Shown here: piece after piece, positions 10,701-20,828 of the stretch
How positions within the stretch are numbered: the first letter of the stretch is position 1
Layout of the letters: every line of letters begins with the position of its first letter
Assembly: GCA_015056885.1 (NCBI GenBank)
Contig: SVFL01000010.1
Span: forward strand, 6,606-70,605
Source: Lachnospiraceae bacterium
Lineage (GTDB): Bacteria; Bacillota; Clostridia; Lachnospirales; Lachnospiraceae
Length of the DNA: 64,000 nt
Direction of reading: 5' to 3'
The notes under the pieces: generated by a model
Told to the model about the DNA's origin: nothing
What the model saw: the letters and a program-made list of their open reading frames with translations, nothing else
Database searches by the model: none
Made by a program: the position numbers and the translations under genes

Positions 10701-12260
10701 TTTATCAAAAGTTAAAGTGTTGTTCGTCTTGTCCCATGTATAAATCATCTGGGAATTGGTCTGAACAAAACTGGGACTCAGCTTACCATAAGAAACGCTG
10801 GTCTTCTCAAAATCAACCTCAACACTTACGTTCTCATTGGGCATTACAAAGCTAAATACCTGACTGCCCTCAGCCTCTTCCACCAAAGTATCAATGGCAT
10901 TACCATTATACTTAAAGGTAGAAGCCTTCAGTCGATAACCTTCTGCAGGGGTAACTGTTACCTCAATCACATCTCCCTGTCTTGCACTCTTCTTGGAAAG
11001 AGTAGCCTCACCATACTCATCATCATTTACATCAATCGTCAATGTATATGTAGGGAACAGGCTTACAAATGTATAGCCCTTTCTGTCCGCATAATCCTCA
11101 ACGGTTCCGTCATAACCCTTCATGGTCATAGTCTTCTGAGGGAAAGCAGTCTCAGCCAGAATAATATTACTCTCAGCGTTACCATTGTCTCCACGCTGCT
11201 CAATAGTAACCTCAGCCAGTTCCTGACAACCGGCAAATGCCTTAGCCTCAATCACTCCCACCTTAGAGGGAATGGTCACTCTGTTCAATGCTACACAACC
11301 GGAAAATGCTTCCTCAGAGATTACTGTACAATTCTCAGGAAGTGACACATAACTAAGAGCCGTACAATCCTTGAACATACCCTCAGAAACAATTGTCATA
11401 TTTCTGTGCAAAACAACTCTTGTCAGATACTCACACTTCTCAAATACATTGCTGCCCCAGGTAGTAATGTTTGCTCCTGACTCATTATTCAGCTCAATCT
11501 TCTCAAGACCTGCTCCCTGAAACGCATTATTTCCTACGGAAGTCAGCTTGTCTCCCCATGCAAAAACATTCAAACCACTACAGCTCTTAAACGCATTCGC
11601 TTCAATGGTCTCTACATTTACCAACGAGAAGGACTGCAAGGACAGACAGCCGCTGAATGCAGCAGCTCCAATCACCTTGGCCTCACCGGGCATCACCATG
11701 CTCACCAAATCACTTCCGGCAAAAGCTTCCTCACCAATCTTATTCAGCTTACTTCCTTCTGCATAAGTAATTCTCTGTATGTTGGAATTTTTAAAAGTTT
11801 CGTCTGCAATTTCGGTCACATCCTTAGGAATCGTCAATGTCTTAAGAGAGGTTTCCTCAAATGCTCCCGCCTCAATGGTAGTCAATTTACTGTCCTCCGG
11901 AACAGCAAGTGATTTCACCTTTGTATTCTTGTCAAAAATACCCAAAGGAATCGTTACCGCCTCCGCAGGAAGTTTCAAATCTCCTTTGATATCAGTCTTG
12001 CTCAATCCGTTTTTAATCTTCAATGTACCATTAAAAGTTACACCAAAATGGTCATTTTCAATTACCAGATCCGGTCCGGTCACATCACCACCATCAAAGG
12101 TTCCTATGTCATTACCGTCACCTGTACCTGTGCCTTCTGCACTTGCAACAGTCACAACATCTGCTGTACTGTTTGCAGCCTCTGCATCCAGCGCCAAATT
12201 ACTTGAGGTAGCAATCATGACTACACTCATAATTATCGCCAGTAATCTCTTTGCTTTCAA
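7710..12260 (-). CDS. Large secreted BspA-type leucine-rich-repeat protein with Ig-like domains
   Basis: Signal peptide; TpLRR repeats (IGEEAF, IGAAAFSGCLSL, ISEEAFSGCVAL); FSFVMPNENVSV repeat; Big_2-like SKDAKVAVIGTDGVIYARGKGTTTITAT; long beta-rich tail. Likely TTG start at 12260 after GGAGGA. Confidence 0.85.
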   Translation of the reverse strand: MKAKRLLAIIMSVVMIATSSNLALDAEAANSTADVVTVASAEGTGTGDGNDIGTFDGGDVTGPDLVIENDHFGVTFNGTLKIKNGLSKTDIKGDLKLPAEAVTIPLGIFDKNTKVKSLAVPEDSKLTTIEAGAFEETSLKTLTIPKDVTEIADETFKNSNIQRITYAEGSKLNKIGEEAFAGSDLVSMVMPGEAKVIGAAAFSGCLSLQSFSLVNVETIEANAFKSCSGLNVFAWGDKLTSVGNNAFQGAGLEKIELNNESGANITTWGSNVFEKCEYLTRVVLHRNMTIVSEGMFKDCTALSYVSLPENCTVISEEAFSGCVALNRVTIPSKVGVIEAKAFAGCQELAEVTIEQRGDNGNAESNIILAETAFPQKTMTMKGYDGTVEDYADRKGYTFVSLFPTYTLTIDVNDDEYGEATLSKKSARQGDVIEVTVTPAEGYRLKASTFKYNGNAIDTLVEEAEGSQVFSFVMPNENVSVEVDFEKTSVSYGKLSPSFVQTNSQMIYTWDKTNNTLTFDKAGLSAKLVVKGAKSNPGSWMFDYASKDAKVAVIGTDGVIYARGKGTTTITATLKSDSTKKVSFKVTVNANASIDKVKLKFSDLGKARQYNETIDGEDFSVIQYTKSNLAKSGKDFKVTVNATSGEDETSLFVNSDWKTANEDIAYPEAESSIDNTNKILVNKGVTGETAITVTTTNGQTGKNKVEYDKQSFIIRVIDVTPRLMQNTLTLNTQCTTGTKFDLLSVYGYEVETTGLEVVKEVKEGTITEYEPNSYVAVNYANGAFYMTLTEEGKAAVKKKSGDISYKNMYIQGEYTYNTGYGKVTEVFRTPIKNLVLTQKELKPSVKLKGKLNLFFNGRASVEECGEVVITQSLKDLKVVKYELVSAANYKEEGSEEVDSFANNFKVTAAGVISRTENDLMKDEKGKAIVSGYIKITYDGYEPCYAKITIPTKNTKPAYVLSKTKATVNAYSDGYGLKIQLLEKKSKKALSLANLSALSFDESSSGTTTGLFEELNTEAAKASDTITLQIKNAQKGKAVINVEMDSWSEPMKFTFNLNVTSKAPTVKAKPATMTLNNLCVGQEASTKLTINQDDAELVGMSDIMFAGKAALASDADKIQFAYSDGKLYAYADETIAKGSYKFKITPEIAYSNGKSEDAKAFAVTVKVVDSKLTAKLKPATVSLNNNYAGRESVRTTYTIKNFPSGGDIHILDKDVVIEGKNAAADNVLSDLVFSFDSNECAINVSQTDTVRSTGTYKYTVSGLKMLVEGAEVEIQPFVIGVKIIKTNPKLTVKASGSMNPGNSNSGIVYKLVTKNVSANIESLVIKELNTTSGLNKPYDELVHFKVGDIVLNDRGGIESVEILAKDTVTLDAKKTYKLRIGAVIAGSGVGDEPLWTSDLKITPKQVLPKIKTDVSEATLYAGVAMNHPKRSQEVLITKTTQKDAEIASVGLAKNTPDNIKKAFKVTFDPETQKAKITLLRPDLLRPNTTYTVTMEVKTIGQMANTAGPQFTMKVKVLN

Positions 12261-12397
12261 TGTTTCTCCTCCTTGCTTCCTGGTTAACATAAACTCATTG
12301 TCATTCTATCATTCCAAGGTCATTATTGCAACCGACGTACCTCTAAAAATTTCTTAAGATTGTCTATAAAATTCTTCAACATTTCACAAAAGTTACT

Positions 12398-13996
12398 TTA
12401 TTTCGTCTTGGGCACAGCCACATACCAGTCTCCGAATTTGACAATATCAAACTCCGGAGCAAACGTATCCTCATCAATAAAATAAATAATATAAACACTA
12501 TCCTGTGAAAGGTTTTCATAATCAATACGTGTACGAATCAAAATATCATTCACCTCAAAACTTGCCGGTGCCGGCGCCACATCATATACTACTGACTTAA
12601 GATACTCAGAAGGCAAAGTTTCCGTATACAGCAGCAATCTCGGCCATTGCGCTCCCTTTTCAGCAGTAATGGTATCAAAACCGGCCTCCTCACATACCTC
12701 CAATGCGTACTCCACACACTCCGAAAGTCCTGCACCAAAATAAGCATCTGCTACCTGACGATAGTCTGTATAATAATCCTTTTGAAAACCCACAAGACAC
12801 ATCAGATAAACAACAACCGTCAAGACCACACAAAACTTTCCGAATACTTCCTTACGATTCCTGCAAAACATTACCAGCTGCCATACGCCATACCCTTCGC
12901 AGAGTACCAACGGAATATATAGTGCATTCACCTGATGCAATACTGCGGTCACCATCATACATACAATTCCACCCGCCAAAAGCTGTATAAACAAAAAATT
13001 TTCCCCTGCATACTCTTTTTTCCAGAGGCTTCTTACCACTTTTACCACAAGGCAAACCGCTCCAAAAATGATAAATACACGACCAATATCATAAAACAAC
13101 CCCCACGGCAGTAAAATGTCATAGGGCGCCCCCGTATTTTGATTCCACAACAGAGAAAGTGTCGTCTTAAGGTTTGTCAAAATCTGCTGAATACTGATAG
13201 CAATCTCGCTACCTCTATAACCTCCCATTTCAGGTATGGTCATAAAGGGCAATTCAATCTGTGCAATCCATCCCTGATTTACCGCTACGAACAATAAAAG
13301 CGGTAATGCCATTACGAAAAGTAGCCCCGCAGACAACAAACTCCATTTGCTCACGCGCAGCTTTTTATGAAAAAGTCCGTATATAATTTGCAAAAACAAC
13401 ACTATGGGTACCGCCAGCCAGACAATGGCATAACAATACAGACAGAGACCGTAAAAAAATGCAGATACCAACAAATACGGTTCTTTCTCCAGCCCTCTTA
13501 CAAAGAAATACAACCCAACCATCAAAAATCCGGGCGCCAGATTGGCATCCAGCCCCCATCTGGACATCATTATATGCCAGGGACAAATTGCCAATAAAAA
13601 CATACTCCAAAGAGCAGCTTCGCGATTAATCAGTCTCCTCACAATTCCATAGACCGCCATCAGTGTAAAAATTGCTACGATTGCCTGAGGCAGACGGCTC
13701 AAAAAAGGTGTAATGTGTCCACCATTCAGAGCCACTAAAGGCACTGTCAGCCATACATAAAGCGCACTATGCCCATCACCCCAATCCGCCATATATACCG
13801 GAAGAACATGTCCTGCTGAATCCATGCCCTCATGAAAGATGGCAAAGGCATTCCACGCCACAAAACTCTCGTCCTGATGCATGCCCCCCGGCATACTTCC
13901 CAAAAAGACAAGTCGCAACACGGCCCCCAAAACTACCACAATAACCGGTATGCACCACTGCATCACTTTTTCCAGATTGTTATCACATTTATTCAT
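12398..13996 (-). CDS. GT-C fold membrane glycosyltransferase (ArnT/PMT-like, family 39-like)
   Basis: LRLVFLGSMPGGMHQDE (DE motif after TM1), RLPQA, PWHIMMSRWG; many TM helices. Confidence 0.82.
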   Translation of the reverse strand: MNKCDNNLEKVMQWCIPVIVVVLGAVLRLVFLGSMPGGMHQDESFVAWNAFAIFHEGMDSAGHVLPVYMADWGDGHSALYVWLTVPLVALNGGHITPFLSRLPQAIVAIFTLMAVYGIVRRLINREAALWSMFLLAICPWHIMMSRWGLDANLAPGFLMVGLYFFVRGLEKEPYLLVSAFFYGLCLYCYAIVWLAVPIVLFLQIIYGLFHKKLRVSKWSLLSAGLLFVMALPLLLFVAVNQGWIAQIELPFMTIPEMGGYRGSEIAISIQQILTNLKTTLSLLWNQNTGAPYDILLPWGLFYDIGRVFIIFGAVCLVVKVVRSLWKKEYAGENFLFIQLLAGGIVCMMVTAVLHQVNALYIPLVLCEGYGVWQLVMFCRNRKEVFGKFCVVLTVVVYLMCLVGFQKDYYTDYRQVADAYFGAGLSECVEYALEVCEEAGFDTITAEKGAQWPRLLLYTETLPSEYLKSVVYDVAPAPASFEVNDILIRTRIDYENLSQDSVYIIYFIDEDTFAPEFDIVKFGDWYVAVPKTK

Positions 13997-14013
13997 GCAG
14001 ATTTCACCTCTGA

Positions 14014-14112
14014 CTACTCCATAAACTCTCTATATTCTTCCTCACATACAAAAAGGATATACTTACCTTCTACCAATCCCATATAACCGTTTGCTGTATA
14101 ATATCCCTTCAT
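14014..14112 (-). CDS. Small 32-aa hypothetical protein (MKGYYTANGYMGLVEGKYILFVCEEEYREFME)
   Basis: Perfect TAAGGAGGT RBS 7 nt before ATG; fills the gap between two co-oriented genes; below the ORF-track cutoff. Confidence 0.75.
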   Translation of the reverse strand: MKGYYTANGYMGLVEGKYILFVCEEEYREFME

Positions 14113-14176
14113 AATAATTACCTCCTTATCAGTCATTTATTTACATAACCTGTTCTGATAAGAAGATAACATTTTT

Positions 14177-15655
14177 TCAGTCCAAAAATTCCACCTTAAT
14201 ACTCTCTTTGTTAAAGTATTTGGCGATTTCTATATTATTTTCATTGGTCACATCACCGGTAAAATCTCCCACATAAAGCATTGCCGGCTGGTACTCGTAA
14301 GGCTTAAATACAACTTCCTGCACGGAGTCATCCTCCAGCACCCTGAGCCGTTCCTGATATTCCTGCTCATATGCAGCAGCCTCTCCACTATAGAGCACCT
14401 GCACAGCCTGCACGGAACTGCACTCACTCATTTCACCGGAATAAATCTGGGCAGCACATAGAAAAACCAACACACCCGACACCAGAATCAGGGGCGTCCT
14501 CTTACGCAACCAACTCTTCTCCCCGTAAGGCTCCTCTTTCAACACAACCCGCGTCTGCCACCACTGATACAAATTACCCAAAAGATAATAATAATTCACC
14601 AGTGTAGACAACATAAAGCCATAATATACAACAGCCATGGCTCTGGCCGGCCCGGTACTTCCCTGCGCATAAAACGTCGGACAGGACATGGAACAAAAGA
14701 TTCCATGCACAAATCCCACCACCAGAACCGGGAACCGGAATGTAAACTTAATGTGCTTGTAAGTCTGCCAGAAAAAAGGAGTCAGCAAAATCACCGCTAT
14801 CAGCCACCATCTGTCAATCCACGCCTCCAGATAAGACAGGCTCTGCCAAATAGAAAGAACTATCGCCTTGAATGCAGAAATATCTCCCACACTGCCCTCG
14901 CCACGAACCTGATTCCCCGGTGCCATAGCACTGACCACCAGGCCACCTAACATTAATACCAATATCACTCCAATGCTCCACGCCTTCTTGGAGTGTTTTC
15001 TAAACAACGCATCTCCAATCACCGCAGTAATCAAAATCGCCGGCAACAGAGACACATAATTTCCGCCTGCCAGAAAAACTGCAAGAAACATCAGTATTGG
15101 CAGATAGCATTTTCTGCCTGAAATCAGATATCGGCACATCGCGCCAAAGAAGAAGAGTGTAATTGAAAAATATCCTGTATAGTACATGGAACCATTGTAC
15201 CAAAAGAAGGATTCTCCCTTAAAAGGAACCGTTTGTATAGTCAAAAGCACAAATATGGCAGACACTGCGCACCACATATACTTTGACCCTTTGAGAACAT
15301 CACGTAAAACAGGCTTAAACAAATAAAACACACCGCCCGTATAAAGGAAAAGAATCAGAGCAGTCACCAGCTTATATCCGTTTTCTCCAAACACATTGGG
15401 CGGCAGATGCATTAAAAACATTGCAGAATAGGTCCCCTGCCAGCATACATACTGGTCTGCCACTCCCTGTGCCGCAGCAACAAGCATCTGCCAGACACTT
15501 CCTGTCTCCTCCAACGCACGCTTAGTGGTCACCGCATAATAGTAGTCATCGCCCGTGGGATGATTGTATAATCCCAAATACATCAATACCAACAGACTGA
15601 CAACCATCATTCCCATCAAAATATAACTGCCTGTCTTCTCATATCTTTCGTACAT
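14177..15655 (-). CDS. Polytopic membrane protein, probable GT-C/GtrII-like (DUF6056-like)
   Basis: HPTGDDYYY after TM1, WQGTYS, FFWYNGSMYY, APGNQVR; about 11 TM segments; directly downstream of mfd. Confidence 0.7.
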   Translation of the reverse strand: MYERYEKTGSYILMGMMVVSLLVLMYLGLYNHPTGDDYYYAVTTKRALEETGSVWQMLVAAAQGVADQYVCWQGTYSAMFLMHLPPNVFGENGYKLVTALILFLYTGGVFYLFKPVLRDVLKGSKYMWCAVSAIFVLLTIQTVPFKGESFFWYNGSMYYTGYFSITLFFFGAMCRYLISGRKCYLPILMFLAVFLAGGNYVSLLPAILITAVIGDALFRKHSKKAWSIGVILVLMLGGLVVSAMAPGNQVRGEGSVGDISAFKAIVLSIWQSLSYLEAWIDRWWLIAVILLTPFFWQTYKHIKFTFRFPVLVVGFVHGIFCSMSCPTFYAQGSTGPARAMAVVYYGFMLSTLVNYYYLLGNLYQWWQTRVVLKEEPYGEKSWLRKRTPLILVSGVLVFLCAAQIYSGEMSECSSVQAVQVLYSGEAAAYEQEYQERLRVLEDDSVQEVVFKPYEYQPAMLYVGDFTGDVTNENNIEIAKYFNKESIKVEFLD

Positions 15656-15668
15656 GAATGCCTCCTCG

Positions 15669-18600
15669 TTATAAGACAGTACTCATCTCCTGTAAAAGTT
15701 CCTTTGTTTTAGTCAAAAGAAGTTCTGCATCTTTCTCCAAAAGTCCGGTCTTCTTATACTTATAAGTGAAGTGTGGATTACCATAAGCCGTAAAAGACAA
15801 ATCTCTGCCCACTTTCTGCAACACGGTAGGAATCCCCGCCGGATTGATATTTGCATCTGCCTTAAAGGTAAATACAATCCTCTCATTTTTCCCCTTAATC
15901 TCTGTAAGATACAACTTGTGCGCTGCCACACGGATCAATGCAATACTAAGAAGGTTATCTACAGACTGAGGAATCTCGCCAAAGCGGTCCAGCAGTTCAT
16001 CCCGCATGTCATCCCGTTCTTTTTCGTTTTCAATACCGGCTATTCGCTTGTAAATATCTAGCTTTTGCACCTCATTTACAATATAGCTGGGCGGAATAAA
16101 TGCATCCACATCCAAATCAATCAACGTAGCAAAGGAATCCTGATCGGCACTCAGTGCAGCACTGCCACCCTTTAATTTCAAAACAGCCTCATTGAGCATC
16201 TTGCAATACAAATCATATCCCACAGCCTCCATGTGACCGTGCTGGCGCATGCCCAAAAGGTTACCTGCTCCGCGAATCTCCAAATCTCGCATGGCAATCT
16301 TAAATCCGCTGCCAAGCTCTGTAAACTCGCGGATGGCCTCCAGACGTTTCTCTGCCACTTCCTTAAGCATTTTGTCCCGTTTATACATAAGAAATGCATA
16401 AGCAGTACGATTGGTACGACCCACACGTCCCCTAAGCTGATAAAGCTGCGAAAGCCCCATGTTGTCCGAATCATGAATAATCATGGTATTGGCATTGGAA
16501 ATATCCAGACCGGTCTCGATAATGGTAGTAGACACCAAAACATCAATCTCACCGTTTACAAAATCATACATGATACGCTCCAGCTCATGTTCCTTCATCT
16601 GACCATGGGCATATGCCACCACTGCGTCCGGCACCAATGCCTGCACCTTTGCTGCCATATCCGAAATATCATTCACCCTGTTGTATACATAATATACCTG
16701 ACCGTCGCGAGCAAGTTCTCTGGAGATTGCCTCGCGAACCATCTCCTCGTTGTACTCACACACAAAAGTCTGAATAGGCTGACGGTCCTCAGGAGCTTCC
16801 TCCAGCACACTCATGTCACGGATACCAATCAGACTCATGTGAAGGGTTCTGGGAATTGGCGTTGCAGTAAGAGTCAGCACATCCACATTTTCCTTCAGCT
16901 TTTTTATCTTCTCTTTATGAGCCACGCCGAAGCGCTGTTCCTCATCTACAATCAAAAGTCCCAAATCCTTGAACTGCACATCTGCTGAGAGCACTCTGTG
17001 CGTTCCTATGACAATATCTACCAATCCCTTTTGCAAATCGGCAATGGTTTTCTTCTGCTCCGCAGCGGTACGGAATCTGCTGAGCAAATCAATCCGCACC
17101 GGAAAATCCTTCATACGCTGCACAAAAGTATTATAGTGCTGGCCCGCAAGAATGGTAGTAGGCGCCAGATACACTACCTGCTTGCCCTCCTGCACCGCCT
17201 TAAAAGCAGCTCGAATCGCAATCTCCGTCTTGCCGTAACCCACATCACCGCAGACCAGACGGTCCATAATGCGGCTGCTCTCCATATCCGCCTTAGTGTC
17301 CGCAATGGCCATGAGCTGATCCTCCGTCTCCTCAAAGGGAAACATCTCTTCAAACTCACGCTGCCACACGGTATCCTTACCATATTGGAAACCTTCCGAC
17401 TGCTGTCTTGCCGCATAAAGCTCCACCAAGTCCTTGGCCACCTCATTGACAGCGGAACGAACTTTGGTCTTGGTGCGCTCCCATTCCTTGCCTCCCAGCT
17501 TGTTTAGCTTAGGTGCCTTGGCATCAGAAGAAGCATATTTTTGAATCACATCCAGTCCGGTGGCGAGCACATAGAGATTACCGCCGTCCCGGTATTCTAT
17601 CTTAATATAGTCCTTGACTACATGTTCCATCTCCACCTTCTCGATACCCTTATAAATACCCAGTCCGTGGGTCTCATGAACCACATAGTCTCCTACCTTC
17701 AACTCATGAAAATCATTAATTTTCTGACCCTGATAAAGCTTGCGCTTCTTTTTCTTCTTTTTCTCAGCACCGAAAATATCCGTCTCCGACAGTACCACGA
17801 ACTTAAGCATAGGATACTCAAAGCCCCTGCTCACATGACCATAGCAGGTAAGCACCTCACCTGCCTGCACCTCTCTCATAGGGTCTTCTGTATACACTGC
17901 TGAAAGCTCCTGATCCCGCAAATCCTCTGCCAGTCGCTTTGCTCTTGTTCTGGAGCCTGACAACAACAGCACCCGATAGCCCTTTTTACGGAATTGTTTC
18001 AAATCCTTCACCAAAGCCTCAAAGCTATTGTTATATGGCGCCACATTTCTGACGTGTATGTCATACTTGTGATTGCTTTTAAAATATCCATGCTGACCGT
18101 CCAGTGTAGCCAGCGCAAACACCATGCATGATGTCAGGCCTGCCGCCACCTGTTCACCACTGTAAAGAATATTCATCTGCCCGGGCAGAATATATCCCTT
18201 CAGGGCACGCTGCTCCATACTCTCACGGAATTCCAATTCTATTGCAGTAGCCTGCTCCTTCACCCTGGCAGGCTCATCGACAAAGAATACCGGGGCCTTG
18301 GACAGCGTCTTTAATAGCTCCGGCAACGTCACTGTATCCTCATAAAAATAGCGCAGGTAACTGTCCAGATTTACCTTGTTTTGTAATTCTAACAGCTGCT
18401 CCCTAAGTTCCTTTACCTGAGTAGCTATACGATGAGCCTCTTCAGGCTGATGTTTTTCCCGGAAATAAGCTTCGCGCTCCTTGGCTTCCTTTTCAATCTT
18501 ATCCAGTCCGGTATACATACGGTCTCTGGACATAACAAATTCCGTTGCCGGGAAGATACTGATACTCTCCAGCTTCTCGATGGAACGCTGACTCAAAATA

Positions 18601-19247
18601 TCAAAGCTTCGGATAGAATCCACCTCATCGCCCCACAGTTCTATACGATAAGGATTCTCCTCCGTCAAATCATAAACATCCACGATACCGCCTCTGATAG
18701 AGAACTGTCCGGGATTTTCCACCTGATAGGTCTTCTCATAGCCCATATCCACCAGACGTTTTGCCAGCTTAGCCTCGTCCAGGCTGCCGCCGCGGCTGAC
18801 ATGAATTACATCCTTTTCGGCATCCCACAACACTTGCGGTGTCATTAACGCAGCATAGGTGGTGACAATCGTTATGGGCTTGCGCTCAACCAGTCTTCGC
18901 AAGGTTTTGATACGCTCCCTGGTCAACTGATTACCGTGAATATCCGCCTGAAAGAAAATCAAATCCTTGGCGGGATATAATGTGACATTTCTGTCATAAA
19001 ACTTATACTCTTCATAAAGCTCTCTGGCTTTTAAGTCACTATAAGTAACGATGATCTTACAACGAAGACCATCGCTCAAACCGTAAATCATATGCAGTTT
19101 CTGGGAGTCCACACAACCCGAAAGAGCAATCGTGCCACTGGGCGCAACACCCTCCGTCTCTCTTTGGGCTTTAATACACTTTTGTACATACTCCCGCATG
19201 GAGCTGAAATCCGCAAGCTCCTTTAAAGGGGCCAGCAAAGCCTGCAT
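15669..19247 (-). CDS. mfd: Transcription-repair coupling factor
   Basis: GDYVVHETHG (CarD-like/RID), DRLVCGDVGYGKT, DEEQRFG, TATPIPRT, QLRGRVGR, TRCF C-terminus. Confidence 0.98.
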   Translation of the reverse strand: MQALLAPLKELADFSSMREYVQKCIKAQRETEGVAPSGTIALSGCVDSQKLHMIYGLSDGLRCKIIVTYSDLKARELYEEYKFYDRNVTLYPAKDLIFFQADIHGNQLTRERIKTLRRLVERKPITIVTTYAALMTPQVLWDAEKDVIHVSRGGSLDEAKLAKRLVDMGYEKTYQVENPGQFSIRGGIVDVYDLTEENPYRIELWGDEVDSIRSFDILSQRSIEKLESISIFPATEFVMSRDRMYTGLDKIEKEAKEREAYFREKHQPEEAHRIATQVKELREQLLELQNKVNLDSYLRYFYEDTVTLPELLKTLSKAPVFFVDEPARVKEQATAIELEFRESMEQRALKGYILPGQMNILYSGEQVAAGLTSCMVFALATLDGQHGYFKSNHKYDIHVRNVAPYNNSFEALVKDLKQFRKKGYRVLLLSGSRTRAKRLAEDLRDQELSAVYTEDPMREVQAGEVLTCYGHVSRGFEYPMLKFVVLSETDIFGAEKKKKKKRKLYQGQKINDFHELKVGDYVVHETHGLGIYKGIEKVEMEHVVKDYIKIEYRDGGNLYVLATGLDVIQKYASSDAKAPKLNKLGGKEWERTKTKVRSAVNEVAKDLVELYAARQQSEGFQYGKDTVWQREFEEMFPFEETEDQLMAIADTKADMESSRIMDRLVCGDVGYGKTEIAIRAAFKAVQEGKQVVYLAPTTILAGQHYNTFVQRMKDFPVRIDLLSRFRTAAEQKKTIADLQKGLVDIVIGTHRVLSADVQFKDLGLLIVDEEQRFGVAHKEKIKKLKENVDVLTLTATPIPRTLHMSLIGIRDMSVLEEAPEDRQPIQTFVCEYNEEMVREAISRELARDGQVYYVYNRVNDISDMAAKVQALVPDAVVAYAHGQMKEHELERIMYDFVNGEIDVLVSTTIIETGLDISNANTMIIHDSDNMGLSQLYQLRGRVGRTNRTAYAFLMYKRDKMLKEVAEKRLEAIREFTELGSGFKIAMRDLEIRGAGNLLGMRQHGHMEAVGYDLYCKMLNEAVLKLKGGSAALSADQDSFATLIDLDVDAFIPPSYIVNEVQKLDIYKRIAGIENEKERDDMRDELLDRFGEIPQSVDNLLSIALIRVAAHKLYLTEIKGKNERIVFTFKADANINPAGIPTVLQKVGRDLSFTAYGNPHFTYKYKKTGLLEKDAELLLTKTKELLQEMSTVL

Positions 19248-19248
19248 A

Positions 19249-19824
19249 CTACGCCTCCTTCTTGGAATTAAAACGATTCATGGTGACATCCGCACCATCG
19301 GTAATCATCATGCGAATGGCTTCCACTGCGCGCTCCGCAGCCTCATCCATCATTTTGCGCTCCGGACCCGAAAAATGTCCTAAAACATAATCCGCTAAAT
19401 CCCAACCCTTCGGTTTCTCGCCAACACCCATCTTCACACGCATGAACGTATCATGTCCCAGATGGGCAATGATATTCTTCAAACCGTTATGACCGCCGGC
19501 GCTTCCTTTCTTACGCACGCGAAGCTGTCCCACATCCAGGCTGATATCATCGGAAATCACAATCAGTTCCTCTTCCTCATCCACCTTATAATAGTCCAGC
19601 ATCTCCCGCACACTCTCACCGCTTAAATTCATGTAGGTTACAGGCTTCGCCAAAATACACTTCTGCCCTGCCACCATACCTTTACCGATAATCGCCTTAT
19701 GTTTTTTCTCCAAAACAGAGATATTCTCTGCCTCTGCTAATTTGTCTATGACATCATACCCAATATTATGACGGGTATTCTGATATTCTTTTCCGGGATT
19801 TCCCAGTCCAACGATAATATACAT
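19249..19824 (-). CDS. pth: Peptidyl-tRNA hydrolase
   Basis: MYIIVGLGNPG, TRHNIG, KPVTYMNLSG, GGHNG; start moved to 19824 behind GAAAGGA. Confidence 0.97.
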   Translation of the reverse strand: MYIIVGLGNPGKEYQNTRHNIGYDVIDKLAEAENISVLEKKHKAIIGKGMVAGQKCILAKPVTYMNLSGESVREMLDYYKVDEEEELIVISDDISLDVGQLRVRKKGSAGGHNGLKNIIAHLGHDTFMRVKMGVGEKPKGWDLADYVLGHFSGPERKMMDEAAERAVEAIRMMITDGADVTMNRFNSKKEA

Positions 19825-19880
19825 AATCATCATCCTTTCTGCCTTGTATATTGTCGCATTTTTTGCCCGAAAATACAAGA

Positions 19881-20083
19881 TGTTATTTGTGTTAGGGTTG
19901 GTTTCCTGACTCAGCCAAGATGTTATATATCCTACACGGTCACGCTTTCGCTCCGTGAAAAAGCGTAGCGGCACATAAGATTGCAAAGTACGCAATCTAC
20001 GTGCCGACGTTTTTCAAGGGACCGTGGTAGGACATATCCCCCCTGCCGACCATGAAACATCCAACATAAATAAGTAAATAACA
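19881..20083 (-). repeat. Nested palindromic element, copy A
   Basis: Core 19938-20023 GGTCA-CGCTTTCGCTCCG-TGAAAAA-G-CGTAGCGG-hairpin-CCGACG-TTTTTCA-AGG-GACC inside longer imperfect arms; related to copies at 46547 and 46899. Confidence 0.85.
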
Positions 20084-20192
20084 AGAAAATTCTATAATCC
20101 GCGCAACCCAAGGTTGACAAAATGCACTTTGCAATTGGTAGTCATTAGAGGGTGTCTGTAGTAGAATAAAGATAGAATACAGCGGAGGTGAT

Positions 20193-20813
20193 GTGATGAA
20201 GTTATCGGAGAAGATTGTTGAATTGCGCAAAGCACGGGGAATGACTCAGGAGGAGCTTGCAGAAATTTGCGGAGTCAGTAGGCAGTCGGTTTCCAAATGG
20301 GAAGCGGATATCGCGCTGCCGGAGATGGAAAAGCTGTTGCTGATGGGGCAGATTTTTCAGGTTTCCATGGATGTGTTGTTAAAGGACGATCTGGAAATAA
20401 GCGGTATCAAAGAGGTTCATAGTTGCGGTGACAATGCAATCGCAGAGAAGAAAATAGAATGTTACGAGGGGACTTTGATAAAAGAGAGTCTTACTGATGA
20501 CAGTATTCTTGACCTGCTGAATGTCCATAAAGTAGAACTGTGGAAGGTTGGCGGCACGCCTAAATACTGGACCGTCTTATCCTTTACCAGCGCGCAGCAG
20601 AATTTCCCGAGCGAAATCGCCAAGGTAATGGTGGCTGATCCTGATAAAGGTGGCAACTGGTTTGTGGATTTCAAATCCGGCAATGTGAAGTACATTGTTT
20701 TTAAGGATAAGGTTTTAAAATATCGCATCGGAAATCAAACCGAAAAAGATGTAGTCTGTGAAGAGTGCAGAAAGTTAGGCATTTCTGATGCAGAAATGAA
20801 CTGGACAGAGTAG
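20193..20813 (+). CDS. XRE-family HTH regulator fused to an uncharacterised C-terminal domain
   Basis: [30 protein letters not shown]; GGAGGTGA RBS (start could be ATG 20196); CAACC-N3-GGTTG palindrome at 20104-20116 upstream. Confidence 0.9.
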   Translation: MMKLSEKIVELRKARGMTQEELAEICGVSRQSVSKWEADIALPEMEKLLLMGQIFQVSMDVLLKDDLEISGIKEVHSCGDNAIAEKKIECYEGTLIKESLTDDSILDLLNVHKVELWKVGGTPKYWTVLSFTSAQQNFPSEIAKVMVADPDKGGNWFVDFKSGNVKYIVFKDKVLKYRIGNQTEKDVVCEECRKLGISDAEMNWTE

Positions 20814-20828
20814 GAAAGGAGAACGGCG

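Noticed and set aside
19825-19995. Long N-terminal extension of pth in the ORF track
   Set aside because: It reads through palindromic copy A; the conserved Pth start and RBS are at 19824.
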